Shown: positions 36,101 to 49,423, numbered from the whole stretch's first letter. The stretch is DNA of 63,992 nt, filler included, from Basidiobolus ranarum (GCA_040143965.1; 10 parts of 10 records of this genome joined end to end with filler, not necessarily neighbours in it); one strand, 5' to 3'. A program made the numbers and translations. The notes: generated by a model not told the origin, from the sequence alone.

Positions 36101-37789
36101 TTAACTAAAAATGCACGGGATGGGTTCAAACAGCTACAAAAATGGTATACGTCGCATCGACAGAGCTGGCAAAATAGTTTGACGGATCATTGTCCACAAT
36201 TTCGATTTCGAAATCATCATCGCTGGGAGTAGCTTGAGCACTGGATTTGATCGTCTCCGTGTCTAACTCTACTTTCAAAGCTTCATTATATGGATTGTCG
36301 ATATCGCAAGTTTGAGTATTGGAGGATTTCGGGGCTTTGGGCCTAGGCTTAGATGAAGCGGAATTCTTGGGGAATTTCCTGAGTGGGAATTAGTTGTTGT
36401 TCATAGAAGTAAGGGAGCATAATAGACTTACTTTTTGGGTGTACGAGATTTACTGGATTTACTCTTATATTTACGACGCAAATTCGACCGCACAAAATTC
36501 TCACTCACCAAATTGTATTTAGCCTGAACGCTGGGCTTTTTTCGTGGCTTCTTGACCGCCTCTTGGACAACGTTTAGTTCTCCAAGACTTGGGGAATCAT
36601 CCGCGAGTGACTCTGGAAGCGCTTGCTCCTCGCGGGCGTCATCTGAAAGCTCGTTAGCCATCTCCTCCCGGAACTCATCAGTCTGTGAGAAGCTCAATAG
36701 AGAATCAAACGTGATGGATGTGGTTCGCCTGAATAACTTCGTAGCACTCGTTGGGTAGTTTGTGGGGAGTATGGACTCATCATCGGTGCTATCGGCTTCT
36801 TCATCTGACCGCGCAGAGTAACTGTCATACCTACTATATATGTCATAATTATCAGCATGAATGCATTTGTTTAGTGGACATTATTGAAGACTTGATACCT
36901 CAGCTTGCTACTGAGCATTCCTTTGATGTGATCCAAGTTTCCGTATCCGGAATCCTCTTTATTTTCAATTGGAACTTTGGGTGAGTTTTGTGATGTAAAA
37001 GATGGATTTCGGAAAGAAGCAAAAAGCGTTCCGCGATGGTGAGATTCTTCAGTGTCACTCTCTTCTATATCTGAATGCTGATTTCTCGTAACAACCTCCA
37101 CTTGTTTATCCAGTGAATGATCGAATACACTCGGAGCATCATTTTTGACCGGCGCTGTATTTCTGCTTTCTGTCTCTGAAAAGTTCGAGTGTTGCATTGG
37201 AAAGAGAGTACTAGCGGTGGTGGTAATGTGCGTTGTGGTAGCATCCATTTTTGACACATTATTTCTCTGCAATTTGCTTTTGGAACTTTCAAATAGATCT
37301 CTTTGGTCAAATATCTTACGCTTACGAGAGTTTTGGCCAGTCTCAACAGTCGGAGGGATCTTCTGCGTGTGCTTAAGCATCGCCGCATCTGTTACAAAAG
37401 CAATGGGTTGAAAACTGGGATGATTGACTTTCTTGGCCTCATTCAGCTTGGTGAGTTCTGAAGTGGATGTTGAGTTATTCATAGGAGTATTTTCTTTATC
37501 AGAAACGGTATCTTGTCCCTTCTGTTCTCTATCTAAAGCTTTCTTTAACTTTCTATACATGGAGTATTTTTTAGCTGAACCGAGGTAGCATGGAGGAAAT
37601 GGCAATGAAATAGTTTAGCTGATGCTGGTCTTACATTAGTGGAATGAACCGAAACAAGTTACCTATATCGGGTTCTTTTTTCACGTCTGAGCTCTCTGGA
37701 GAACGATTCCATTTCGAAAAGAACTCCTTTTCCCAAGTTTTAAGCTCTACCTTTAAGTTTAGTACATCGTTTCGTGTAATAGAGGTCAT
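33107..37789 (-). CDS. RECQL4: RECQL4-type ATP-dependent DNA helicase with N-terminal Sld2/Drc1-like domain, multi-exon
   Basis: N-term LKTWEKEF...DV...[25 protein letters not shown]; helicase motifs [55 protein letters not shown]-term [13 protein letters not shown]...WGKY. Junctions checked are in-frame GT-AG. Confidence 0.88.
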
Positions 37790-38482
37790 GGTTCCTGTCT
37801 ACAAGCAAGAATCCTTGTCAGAAGTGTGGATATTTTACTTTTTTCCTCCGTCTACTTTATCTGCTACCAATAGATTACTTATCTACTCGGCAGATTGTTA
37901 TGGTCCTTCGATTTCTGGGGTGGATGTTATATAGAATTAGTAGGAAACCGTAAACAAATGAATGCTATACAGATGTGGAAGTCAACAATGGGAATTGCGC
38001 CACTTGAATTTCTTATCCTTCATTTGGAGAGGAATTTAATGTTAGTTGAGTTATTGGGATTTAAAAGTAAAGGAAATCAATTCGATTCAATTTGAATAAA
38101 CTTTATTTTATATTATGGCAATTCTACTGGATGGTCACTTTTGATTTGATATACTCATAAAATTCAAAGATTTTCAAACTGGCATAAAGTTTCCCTACTT
38201 CAGTCCTAAATTCTTGGTTATTTAAACGGAATATGTACTTGTCTGAAATATATTTATGCTACATAGATGTATCGGCAAACTGTTGAATTATGCAAAACTT
38301 CATTTCGTCATTCTTTATGTTGAAATAGTTTGCTTAGTAGTGTATGGTTTCCATTAGGTAAGATTAGTGTTAAATTCCTTGATGTTGGTCATTGTACACT
38401 TGTGATATATATTAATTGATGTGAAATATCACATGTAAGCTTGCTAATACCCAAGGAGCAATGCGCATACCATTAATGAAAG

Positions 38483-38636
38483 TGTTAAAGTATTTGGGAG
38501 CCTGTTGGAAGTGGTTTGGGGAAGCAGAGAAATTGGTGGTTTTCACTTGTTGATTTACTAAGTTGAAGGTTGACATTTATACTTTTGTCAAGATGTAAAC
38601 AAACCAACGTGTAGAATATGTTGAGGAAGGTCCCAG
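38483..38636 (+). mobile_element. LTR-like repeat family A, 5' part, cut by contig end
   Basis: Starts TGTTAAAGTATTTGGGAGCCTGTTGGAAGTGG. Confidence 0.85.
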
Positions 38637-38736
38637 NNNNNNNNNNNNNNNNNNNNNNNNNNNNNNNNNNNNNNNNNNNNTTAATTAATTAANNNNNNNN
38701 NNNNNNNNNNNNNNNNNNNNNNNNNNNNNNNNNNNN

Positions 38737-38817
38737 CTTACTCCAGCAGCGTTCAAAAAGATAGCCAACCTTAAGGATGGTAGAGTAAAGGTTACCTGGA
38801 AACAAGTCAGTTGTTAG
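38737..38817 (+). CDS. 3' end of a second expansin-like DPBB gene (paralog of 42714-43151), cut by contig start
   Basis: Encodes LTPAAFKKIANLKDGRVKVTWKQVSC*, identical in protein to 43071-43151 with only synonymous differences. Confidence 0.85.
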   Translation, partial: LTPAAFKKIANLKDGRVKVTWKQVSC

Positions 38818-40421
38818 AGAAATGTTAAGATTCGAAATTCTCATTAGTAAGCTAAAAGCATAAAATATTGAGTTATAAAGTGCAATTCTGGAATATTTTA
38901 ACTATACATTGATTTGGGTGTGCCTACATTTTATCAATAGATTCTATTCTTTAAAATAAATGGACAATACCAGTAGTCGCTTCCACAGTATTGCACCAGT
39001 ACAAACTAATGAATGAAGAAAGACAACTTCAGGTAATACTAGTTCAGGAAATTAAGGTTACATCAGTTGAAGTTAAGAATACCCAGGACCTGGATAACTC
39101 TGACTACATGGCAATTTTAAACACTGGTTATTCGATTCGATGAATGCCTAATGAACAAGCATTCTGAAGATATTTCCAGGTAAATTTACTCAGCTCATGA
39201 AGCTGATATGATATCAGGAAGTTAAGGCTTCATGCATGGTACCCAAACCTTCGGAATAATAGCTATCCAGAGTTCAATTATTAGCTACCCAACAAGTGGG
39301 AATTTTTAGGAGAGCTTCTTGGCCTATAACCCCAACAAACTGGATGCTCATCAACTAACTTAATAACCGTTCAATCCTGAACGTACATTAAAATTCGGAT
39401 TTATGTTCAAGTGTGAATGGTATAAGAAACGTTTCCCAATATATATATATATATATGTAGCGCACGAGTTCATAAATACCATCCAATCCTCTTCACTACT
39501 GAGTTCTCTAACCAGTATTTAATTGCAGTTGTTAAGCAAGTGCTAATATCGAATTTCTCGTAGTGTTTCTCACTTGAATGTATACACTAACCTTGATGGA
39601 GATACGATATGAAACAGACATATTTAGTGTCTAATAAGTAATAATCGAGAAACACTTCTGACCTTACACATTTGAAATTTAGGATTCAAATAAATCATCC
39701 CGATTGCTGCTTATTGGCTGTATAGAAGCATGCTAGTCAGACTAACCAGATAAGGATTTTATTTGAGAATAATATGTATCTTCACAAAGTACTAATAATA
39801 AGGAGATAAGTAACCAAGCACTGATTGCATTTTCGGATATTATGGACAACTAAAGATAGACTATGCATGCGAGAGAGTTGGATGTTCAAGATCCACAGAG
39901 AAACTAAACAAATCTGTAGTAGCTCAGTGACTTGTGAGTGGGTTATAGGAACCAAAAAATATTCCACCAGCGCTCAGTGAATAGGCATATATTACCGCGT
40001 AAAGTAAGATCAGGAGCCGTATTAGTTAAGACAATGTTATTATCATCATTTAACTACACCTTCATGGGGTAGTTTCAAATCAATTTGAAATTCTTACCAT
40101 TATAGGATGACTTGGAATACTCCCTGTCGCCAATAATCTTTAGGAGCTCTTGCCTGCCTTTGTGTGCATAAAATAAGGGATAATGTATTCACTCGATCTA
40201 TACTCATCATTGTAGCCTCGTATGTGTCATGTTGACAGGAGACACAACCAGACCGCTACAAAAAAATCTATATATATCCCACCAAAGCAACTGTTTCTCA
40301 TCAATCTTTCTGTACCAATTGCAACCTGCGTTGGTGATTCTGATCATTTCAAGGTACATAGGTGCTACTGGATATGATTATATTTCAAGCTTCATAAACT
40401 AATTTGATTACAAATTTCAGT

Positions 40422-40919
40422 ATGTTGCGCTTTATTCTGCCTTTCTTTCTGTTAATAAGCCTGGTTAGCGCTCAGGTTTCAGTGAACGTTGCCGTACCAA
40501 ATGGTGTATATAGTATTGTGCGTCCTCAAAGCCAGCTCATTACAGCACAAGAAGGTAGCCCAACTAGTCCAGCTTCCCTGTTACCTCCGACTGGCAATCC
40601 AGGCGAACAAGAATTCGAAATTAGTAGAAATTTGGATGGCACAGTGAGTATTCAAAATATCAGGTCTAGACTCTACCTTAGTAGCAAGAACGTAGTCAAT
40701 TCTCTCATTACCTTGGAAACGCAACCAAAGAGTTGGATTCTGAGTCCAGGGATTGGACCATCCAACTATGTTATCCGGCTTCCAGGTGGGCCAGTTGATG
40801 GGCAAATCTTAGTTATTGATATTTCACTTTTAAGGATTTTCCCACCAAGACTTGCACTTCGACCATTCAGTCCAGAGAATGTGCAACGTCAACAATTTAG
40901 GTTTGAACGTCACGAATAG
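40422..40919 (+). CDS. Secreted beta-trefoil (ricin-B/mycospin-like) protein, 165 aa
   Basis: Signal peptide. GVYSI, Q.FEI...DGTVSIQNIRSRLYL, W.L and QQFRF repeats typical of beta-trefoils. Probable 5'-UTR intron 40354-40420. Confidence 0.7.
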   Translation: MLRFILPFFLLISLVSAQVSVNVAVPNGVYSIVRPQSQLITAQEGSPTSPASLLPPTGNPGEQEFEISRNLDGTVSIQNIRSRLYLSSKNVVNSLITLETQPKSWILSPGIGPSNYVIRLPGGPVDGQILVIDISLLRIFPPRLALRPFSPENVQRQQFRFERHE

Positions 40920-42713
40920 AGTCATTTGGTATACCTAGAAATTTAAGAATCACACATGTTGTTCCTGGTGTAGAAGCAATTGTGAAATAAATGCTGTATG
41001 ATTTACCAACGATGTTACTAGAATCGCGGCTTGTTGTTGCATCAATCCTCTAGCACTCTTTGAACAGATACTAAAAAAATGATATCAACGATATAAATTT
41101 TGTCACCCTTCAAAAGTGGTAGTTACCCTCTGATATGTCAAGAAAAGGTAGATGGTAGCGGCGGTGATTTACCTTGATTGGAATCTGAATGATATTATGG
41201 TAAAGATATGGTGGTATAGACATGATAATCATAGTCTAAGTTCCGTAAGTATTTAAGTTTCACGGAACTCATAATCCTTTTCTGCCATTAATATTGATTT
41301 ACCCATATACCCAGTTTTGTATTTGTTACTTCTTTCTTTGGCTATGTAACCATCTAATATAGATGGTACTTCCATAAATTAGCTACTCCCACACGGCGCT
41401 GGAAAACAGACCTTCAACTTCCTCATTGATATTCAACTAAGCATTATAAAGTTACTCACTAAACATTCTTGTTGCTTGTATCTTTATTTCACTTACACAA
41501 ACCGCTTTGTACTCAATCTCAACGATTTTTGAATAGAGAAGATACATACATATTGGTTGCCACTCCGATCATCCCGCTATTGAGTCGCTTCATAACAACC
41601 AGTCACGTTTTTGGGAACAATTCCATTCTTCCAATGAGTTAAGTAACTATGCCACATACAAGCTCTAGATTCTGCTGGTTCTGTATGAGGCAATCGATTC
41701 ATTAATAGATTGTACCGATTTGTTATCGCCCCGGGATGAGTATCGTGGACACTGAAATAGAAAGAGCAGTGGCAAACCAGACTGCTCAAGTTCAAAGCGC
41801 ATTCGTACTCCACATTTCGACAATTTAGGTAGTGACCAGAGCAATGGTGAAAGAACTTCTGCTTCACAACCACAGTGAACACAAGTAAGGAACTACTGCT
41901 ACTTATTTTCTATAGAAAGTTCGTTCGTTCATTCAACCAGGTTGTCCAAATTTCTGATCGGCGAGAGAATCGCCACTTTCCAATATGGCCGTTTGTTATT
42001 TCCTTAAATAGCTAATTTTGAGATGGCGTTTTCTATTACTACCACAAGTATCTTTTTTGCGATTCCTTATCACTAATCAATAACAATTGGTCAAACTTGG
42101 ATTTTAAGTTTACCGAGCTATATCCCAATTTCTGGAATACTTGATGAATCCGGATTCAATCAGTATTTTTTGTGGTTGGTATGATTTCTCATACAATCCA
42201 GTAGTGGAGAACTTGTTTAATACCTCAACTGAGAGTCGAGTGGTTTTAAGCTTCACACTCTTCATACAATAGTTAAAGAAATCATTTCTCTTTTTTATTC
42301 GGAATGCAATAATAATACTGCCAAGTTACACCTAAGTATACTTACTGTAATTGAAGTGGTCTGGCTATGTTATTGTGCATGCGATGAGAAAAATATCAAG
42401 TATTTGATTTACTTTCATTAAAAATAGAAAAGTCGTAGGCATGAGTCGCAGATTATTATAGTAGTTGGTTCAACACTACCTTATCATAAACATCGGAACT
42501 TGTAATGGAATGGTGGAGACGGGTTTTGACTCTAGAAGAAGTGAGAAGGCTCCACGACATGAGAACCGCGAGAGTATTCTTTGGTCAGCTTACGTTAAGA
42601 TTCATGGTAAACGGATTCGAATAGAGGGCAACGAACTGTATAAAAGGTGCATATTTCATTTGTGAGTAAGCAGTATCTCGAGATTCCAGTTACTTTCTGC
42701 TTAACAAACTAGA

Positions 42714-43151
42714 ATGTTCAAATCAGCCATTACTCTTTCTCTCTGCCTCCTATCTGCTCAAACTATTCTTGGAGCTCAATTTGCAGGATACGCTGACCTT
42801 CACCAGAAGTCATCTCTGAGCAAGCGTGACTATAGTGGAGATGGTACTTACTTCACTCCTGATCGGGATGCGTGCTCGAAGCGAGGCGATACCTCCAGTG
42901 AGAACGATATGATTGCTGCCCTTAGTAAGTATCAATTTGGCCAAGGCCCCGGTCAAGACACTGAGGAAGCAGCAATGTGCGGCAAATGCGTCAAGGTTAC
43001 AGGACCCAAGGGATCAGTTGTTGTTCGCATCCGCGACTTATGTGGCTCTTGCCGTAGTGGAGACATTGACCTTACTCCAGCAGCGTTCAAAAAGATAGCC
43101 AATCTTAAGGATGGTAGAGTAAAAGTTACCTGGAAGCAAGTGAGTTGTTAG
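42714..43151 (+). CDS. Secreted RlpA-like double-psi beta-barrel (expansin/loosenin-like) protein, 145 aa
   Basis: Signal peptide, KR propeptide site, SGDGTYF..AC, IAALS, CGKCVKVTGPKGSVVVRI.D.C..C..GDIDLTPAAF. TATAAAA at about 42639. Confidence 0.9.
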   Translation: MFKSAITLSLCLLSAQTILGAQFAGYADLHQKSSLSKRDYSGDGTYFTPDRDACSKRGDTSSENDMIAALSKYQFGQGPGQDTEEAAMCGKCVKVTGPKGSVVVRIRDLCGSCRSGDIDLTPAAFKKIANLKDGRVKVTWKQVSC

Positions 43152-45168
43152 GGAAGTGTTACTAGTAGAAGTTCTTATTAGTAGGCTAAAGACACAAAAT
43201 ATTGAATTTACATGTGAAACTCCAGAACATTTTGACTCTATACATTGGTTTGGATCTGATCAAATTTATCAATAAATTCAACTCTTAATTAAATGAATGA
43301 CCAACATCAATAGTCACTTCTACAAACCGAATAAGGTAGCGCTAGCTTAAGAATACCCGTGACCCTGATTCAACTCCAAGTGTATTGTAATTCTAAACAT
43401 CGGCTACCTCATTCAATTTGATGAATTAATAATATACGAGCACTCTAAGCAAATATCATATTTTAGATCATAGATACATATCATTACAGCAAGTTTTAAG
43501 TGAACTAAGAGAAAATAGGAAAACAAAAATTTAGCTATCAGGAGGTAAAGGATAAAAGGAGTTAACACAACTTGTTTTGACATAGATCTTGCGTCAGCGA
43601 TTTAGAAAATAGTACAGAATTTTGTGACCATAAAGAATATGCAATCTTCAAATCTTATGGTGTAAAGGAGCCCGCTACTTTTGTTGTTTTATATTTAGAC
43701 ATAAGCTCAAACACTTTAAAAATACTTGATAGCTAACTTAGTCGTAGTGGCTACTGATAATCCCTCACATTATCTCACTTTACTATTAACATGGATAGTA
43801 TGTTACTACTCCAAAGAGAGACTACCTTTCAATCTATGCTTGGACATTGCAGCATTCACTACCCCCTCCCAAGTTTCATCTAGCAATAGCATCTTTGATT
43901 GCATAGTTGAAAATGCTGTTACTTGGTTTTGAAGTTGACTCCACTAATGAATAGTAGTCTAACGTATTAAGTTTGAGTGAAATGTATATTGAGGGATGTA
44001 TATCAAGAAAAAGAAACAAACTATTCTGAAAAGTGATCTACTACTTCAGCAAACTTAGTCTGATATGACAAAGATGCCTAAGAGTTTCTATGAGGAATAG
44101 ATATATGCAATACCAATATTTCCACAGGATTCTCACACAAGTTCGCAATTACTGCCTATTGACTATTGAGGAACATACTAGATAGGCTAACTAGATTAGG
44201 ATACTAACGACATTATTTGACCCTTATTGCTTCAGTCTCTACTCTTAATCTGCCACTCAGCTTGGAAATATGTAATGAGACATCCATGGTGCAAGTGAGA
44301 AGATATATAGAAATTGATAGTAGCTCATTGTATGAGTGGTCTGTGAGCAACTTATAGGATAATATCACCAGCGTCCAGTGAAAAAACTTATTAGATCAAG
44401 AGTCGCGCTGGTTAAGACAATGTTTCTATCTCCATTTAACTTTAGACTTAATGTAAAAGCTTAAATCCAGATGAATTACTCAAGTTATTTAGAAACACAC
44501 TTTGTTGCTTGAAACGTTCACTATTACCAAGTGTCTTGAAGAATTTTCGATTATCAATTGTCTTCTTGTGTGTGCATAAAATATGCGATATTGATCCATG
44601 CTCTACTTCATACCTTGATGAGTATCATGTATAAAGAAGATCCGATCAAATAGTTATAAGGATATATATATAGACTGATTCTCATTATTCTCACTGTTTC
44701 GATCGTAGCCTGCAGAGATGATTCTTACAATGGCAAGGTCCATAGGTGCTACTGTATATGATTACATTCTAGCTTCTTAACTTCATTGGAAACTTCAGCA
44801 ATACTTTATAGTACATCATGGCTTCATATATCCCAACCGGTTTACAAATTAAAAGTGGGAGAATGTTACTCATGGAATTATAAAGCAATAGGCTTAAGTT
44901 ACCAATTCAAAGTTAGAGCTCTAGGTCATTAACACTTGGTCGATATTGTTAGTGGCCGACGCATTGATCACTAATATACAATATATACTAACATATATAA
45001 ACTATTGATTCCAAGGAGAATCCAATATTTCTCCTGATGTTATATTATCAGTAATCAACGCCATAAACNNNNNNNNNNNNNNNNNNNNNNNNNNNNNNNN
45101 NNNNNNNNNNNNTTAATTAATTAANNNNNNNNNNNNNNNNNNNNNNNNNNNNNNNNNNNNNNNNNNNN

Positions 45169-47069
45169 TGCTTGACGTTACGTAAGCCCATAGTACTTCT
45201 ATCACGAACCATGCTAGAGGAACGACCAGCAACACTTTGACTGGCATCACGGGTGGAGCTTGTGGCACGAGATTCAGATCTGGATCTCTTTCTGGTTTGA
45301 CTTCTGGAACGAACTTCCGAGGCATCAATACCCATACTAGTCAAGTGCTCTTGCATGTCACTAACTGTAGAGGATCTAGCATGTGTCTTGGCAGGTAGAA
45401 CAGGTCTGTTTCTAACTCTCTTGTGACGACTAGTTAAAGTCATGATATGTCTCTTCTCCTTGATGGCACCAGCAGCCTCCTTGATGGCCTCATCTTCAGA
45501 GTTAAGCATCTCCTCATCAGAGTTATAGAAACCTTCAGCTTCTAAGCGCTCTTCTTCACGCTCCAAAGCATCAAGTTTCTCAGCAATATCTGGATCGACG
45601 AAGTCAGCAACGTTCTTACCATCCAAAATTTCAGGAATGGTATCGTATTTCCATTCGTCATTGGCCAAATCGTAGACCTTCTTGAGGTCAACGTTGTAAA
45701 CACCAGCACCACCATTTTCAGCTTCGATATCTCTTTCGAGCTTTCTACGGTTAGGATCGTTGATGTCGAACTTAGCCTTATTACGAGCACCTTCAGGGAT
45801 GTTGACAGGTCTGCTGATATCATCTCTTTGAGCAGGCTTAGTAAGATGAAGTTTGTTGAGGACATCGTTAATCTTTTGTCCCTTCATCTTCATCTCGACA
45901 CGAGAGGAAAGCAACTTGTCGCAGGAAGCATTTCTAACATCCATGACACCTTCTTCAGTATAACAACTGGTTTGAACCATGGTAACACCATCGCTGTTGA
46001 TAATTTCTTGAAGCAAAGCTTGATCAGATTCCTTCAAATCCTCAGGACGGCAAATATCGATCTTGTTGACCACAAGAACGGTAGGCTTGTTAGCAAACAA
46101 AGGCTTGATGTTGTGATAAAGCTTGCATTGATCAGCAACACTGTAACCACACTGTTCAGATAAATCCATGAAGAACAAGATACAAGCGCGAAGATGAGCA
46201 AGAGCGGTGATAGACTGCATTTCGATGGTGTTCATCTCCTCAAGGGGATGATCTAAGATACCAGGGGTATCAATCACTTGCCAGCGAAGATATTTATAAT
46301 CCATGTGACCAACAAAGAGAGACTTGGTGGTGAAAGCATAGGGTTGAACATCAACATCAGCTCTTGAAATCTTGTTCAAGAAACTGGATTTTCCGACGTT
46401 AGGATAACCGCAGATTACCAAAGTACGAGTGTTGGGATCAATGGAGGGAAGACGGGACAAATGTTGACGAACTTGTTCCAAATAAGCCAAACTGTCCTTT
46501 TGACGCTTCATAATAGTACCCATTCTAAAAGAAACAAGCACAGCGTTAACTATTGAATCATCAAAAATGATTCAGAAAGAATTACATACCGACCAAGGGC
46601 GGCTCTCTTCAATTGTTTACATCTATAGAGGGAATCACCGAACTTCAAAAGACGGACATAATCCTTAGCAACTGCACTAATTAAGTGACGAGCAGTATTG
46701 ATTTGGCCCAAGGCAAGTTTGTAGTGATCTTTGTCGTACAAAACGTTCATAAGATCGGCGTAGAAAGGATGAATGTTCTAGAGTGGATAAAAATGAAGGA
46801 ATATCGATCAGATACCATACAAACATATGATAAGGCGAATAAAGGCTTACATCAAGCATTGGGAAATCATCCAGCATCAACTTCAACTTCTCTTCAAAAC
46901 TGTCCTGAGTGAATTTAACCTTTCTCATGTAGAAAGTACGAATTCTACCAATACTGTAGTTCTTGTGAACAACAGTGGCAGTTTTACGTTGAGTCTTGCT
47001 CAGCACAATGTCCAAGAACTCGTCAGCATTTGGGACGACCTGGATTTTTTTGAAATTATAAAGAGACAT
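45169..47069 (-). CDS. NOG1: Nucleolar GTP-binding protein 1, two 5' introns, 3' end cut by contig end
   Basis: [55 protein letters not shown] motif [10 protein letters not shown]. Confidence 0.97.
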
Positions 47070-47574
47070 GTTTACTCCACTCTAATTGAAAGAATATAGT
47101 GGTATGGTTTAAGAAGAGGAGCAGGAACAGAGAATGGGCAGAATAGACGCTGTTGAGTCCAGAGCAGGTATAAACTATACGCAGAGATGAATGATATGTG
47201 GTCCGTTTGGATATCCCCTCATCGAGAAAAAAAAATAAAAAAAAATGAAATGAATTCAGTGAGAAAAAAAATCTCTAACTTGCTTGTTAAACCAGAAAAA
47301 AAATGATTAATGTTTCACCAATCAAGTGACTGCCTTCTAGCATCACCTCGACTGTAGGTAACTGCGTAACTAAAGTTAAATATCTTTTCCAAAGTCACAG
47401 TGGCCAGAGTTTATCTGATAAATAGCACATTAAAAATTGGTGGCGTAAAATATTACATGATGCTATATTCACATAAGATAGTGGATCGGTCCAAAACATA
47501 ATGGAACAGCAGATGAAGTGGTGAAGTAAACATGATACATAGTTAATATACATAAAGTGCTGAATGATATCCTT

Positions 47575-48307
47575 TCAAATCTCCATCATTTCCGAGGAAA
47601 TTAGGTTCACTTTCTCCGCTTCATCTGAGGAGCTTGCACTGGAGCTTACACTTGGAGGGTCATTCTAATTATTTAGCATAAGTATAGTTATCAAAACAAA
47701 GTTTGTACAGTTCCTTACCTCCTCATCTTCGTACTCTTGTATGGGCGGAAGCCAATGCGGGGGCCGATACAGTAATAGCGAGTGTACGCGTGTAAGCCTT
47801 CAGGAGCTAGTTAGTACCAAGTTTCTCGATACAGATTTAACTATACAAACTATACCCTTTCAGTTTTGTTGAAGAAAGAAACGTACTAGGAGCTATGTTC
47901 AGAACCTCAGGGAAAGCAGATTGTAAGCCAAAACTTAAATTCTTAAATGTAACTTTCTGGAGAGATTCAATATCTAGCCCTGTCACATCCTGTTGTGACT
48001 CCTCAATAATTTGTGCAGTTTTGTTACTTGAAAGTGCATCAAATTTGGATCTATCGGCAACTACATTTTAGTGGTAATTTCAATGAGCAAAGAGCAATAG
48101 AAATTTGTAGTCAGAAAACTCAAGATTCGTGCAATGTATATTCGTAATATAAACGCATAGAAAATACGAAATCTTAGTTCGAGTAAATAAAATAATACCT
48201 ACCGACTTCTTTAAGTACATCCCTACGTAAAGATAGAGCGGCGAATCTCGTCGACATGAACTCAGATATGTACCGCTTGGTCGCTGGTAATGAACATAAT
48301 TCGACAT
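47575..48307 (-). CDS. Hypothetical multi-exon protein (about 160 aa)
   Basis: A chain of in-frame GT-AG exons can be built (…KKSV|VADRSKF…KLK|GLTRVHSLLLYRPPHWLPPIQEYEDEE|NDPPSV…MEI*). No family recognised. Confidence 0.4.
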
Positions 48308-48813
48308 CCAAGGTGTCTGAAGAGCGTTTGTTACTCATTATCAACCGTGAAAACTTGAGGACTGTGGGGGGTATTCAAAGGAGTTACCAATTTTGAGTAA
48401 GGATTTGGTTTCTAATTGATCCGAACCGTCTCATGAAATCACCATACACAATGGATAACGCACGTGATTAATGCTATTAACTTCAGAATAAACAAGTAGC
48501 ATTTGACCAATGATCTTCAAATCCAAGCATAGAGAACAAACAGTCTAAAGTAAAAGCGCGGTTAGTAAGAGATTTTGGCAATGTTGGCTTAAAGTTCGAG
48601 TTAAGCTTTGAACCGAGCATTTCAAATTCATATTCATGCTAACCCAATGATAAATTTCATGGTTAGCCTGTTGTCCTAATTTTATTGGCTCCGACACTGC
48701 AATCTCCAGTCCACTTAGCTAACTCTCATCAATCCATCAATACCGTATATAACTGTTTTGAGCAGAGCAACGTGATTTTTAACGCCCTTTGTTCACCTTC
48801 CTCTACTATTATC

Positions 48814-49085
48814 ATGGATCAGTTTAATTCCTTACTTGAGGAGCCAAAGCAATTCGCCAAGGAGTGCATCCAATTGTTGAACAAATGCACAAAGCCTGAT
48901 GAGAGAGGTTAGTATACGCCGAAGTCAGTTGAATCACCTTGAGACACCATACTAAACAATTATCTTCAGAATTCCTGAAAATCACCCAAGCCGTAGCCAT
49001 CGGCTTTTTACTAATGGGCTTTATTGGTTATTTCGTCAAGCTAGTTCATATTCCCATCAACAACATCATCGTTGGAGGAGCCTAA
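48814..49085 (+). CDS. SSS1: Sec61 gamma subunit (intron 48908-48969)
   Basis: F.K....[44 protein letters not shown]. Confidence 0.96.
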
Positions 49086-49412
49086 GCAATCACCGGCTTT
49101 CATTATATAGTGCGCGGTATATTTAATACTTCACGTATGGATTAGTCCTTTCTTTGCTTTCCACAACTGTACGTTTATTCTCTCTAAATTTCTGTAATAA
49201 AATCAAGAACAGTTCACAAACCATTACTCGCTTTACTTAACTAAATTAGCTATTAATATGCTCTCGATAACTCTGAGAAATCAATGCATTTATACAACTG
49301 AAAGCAAGACCAACTGGTGGGATAATCAAGCGATTAAGCTGGTCATTTTGCGTTTGCATTTACCATAAATCATGGATCCTTATGTAGATCATTAAATTGG
49401 GGGGTTTTTTTT

Positions 49413-49423
49413 TGAAAAATTTT
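49413..49423 (+). promoter_or_regulatory. RRPE-like motif TGAAAAATTTT upstream of CBF5
   Basis: Exact match to the yeast rRNA-processing element consensus about 170 bp upstream of the ATG. The region is AT-rich, so a chance match is possible. Confidence 0.35.
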
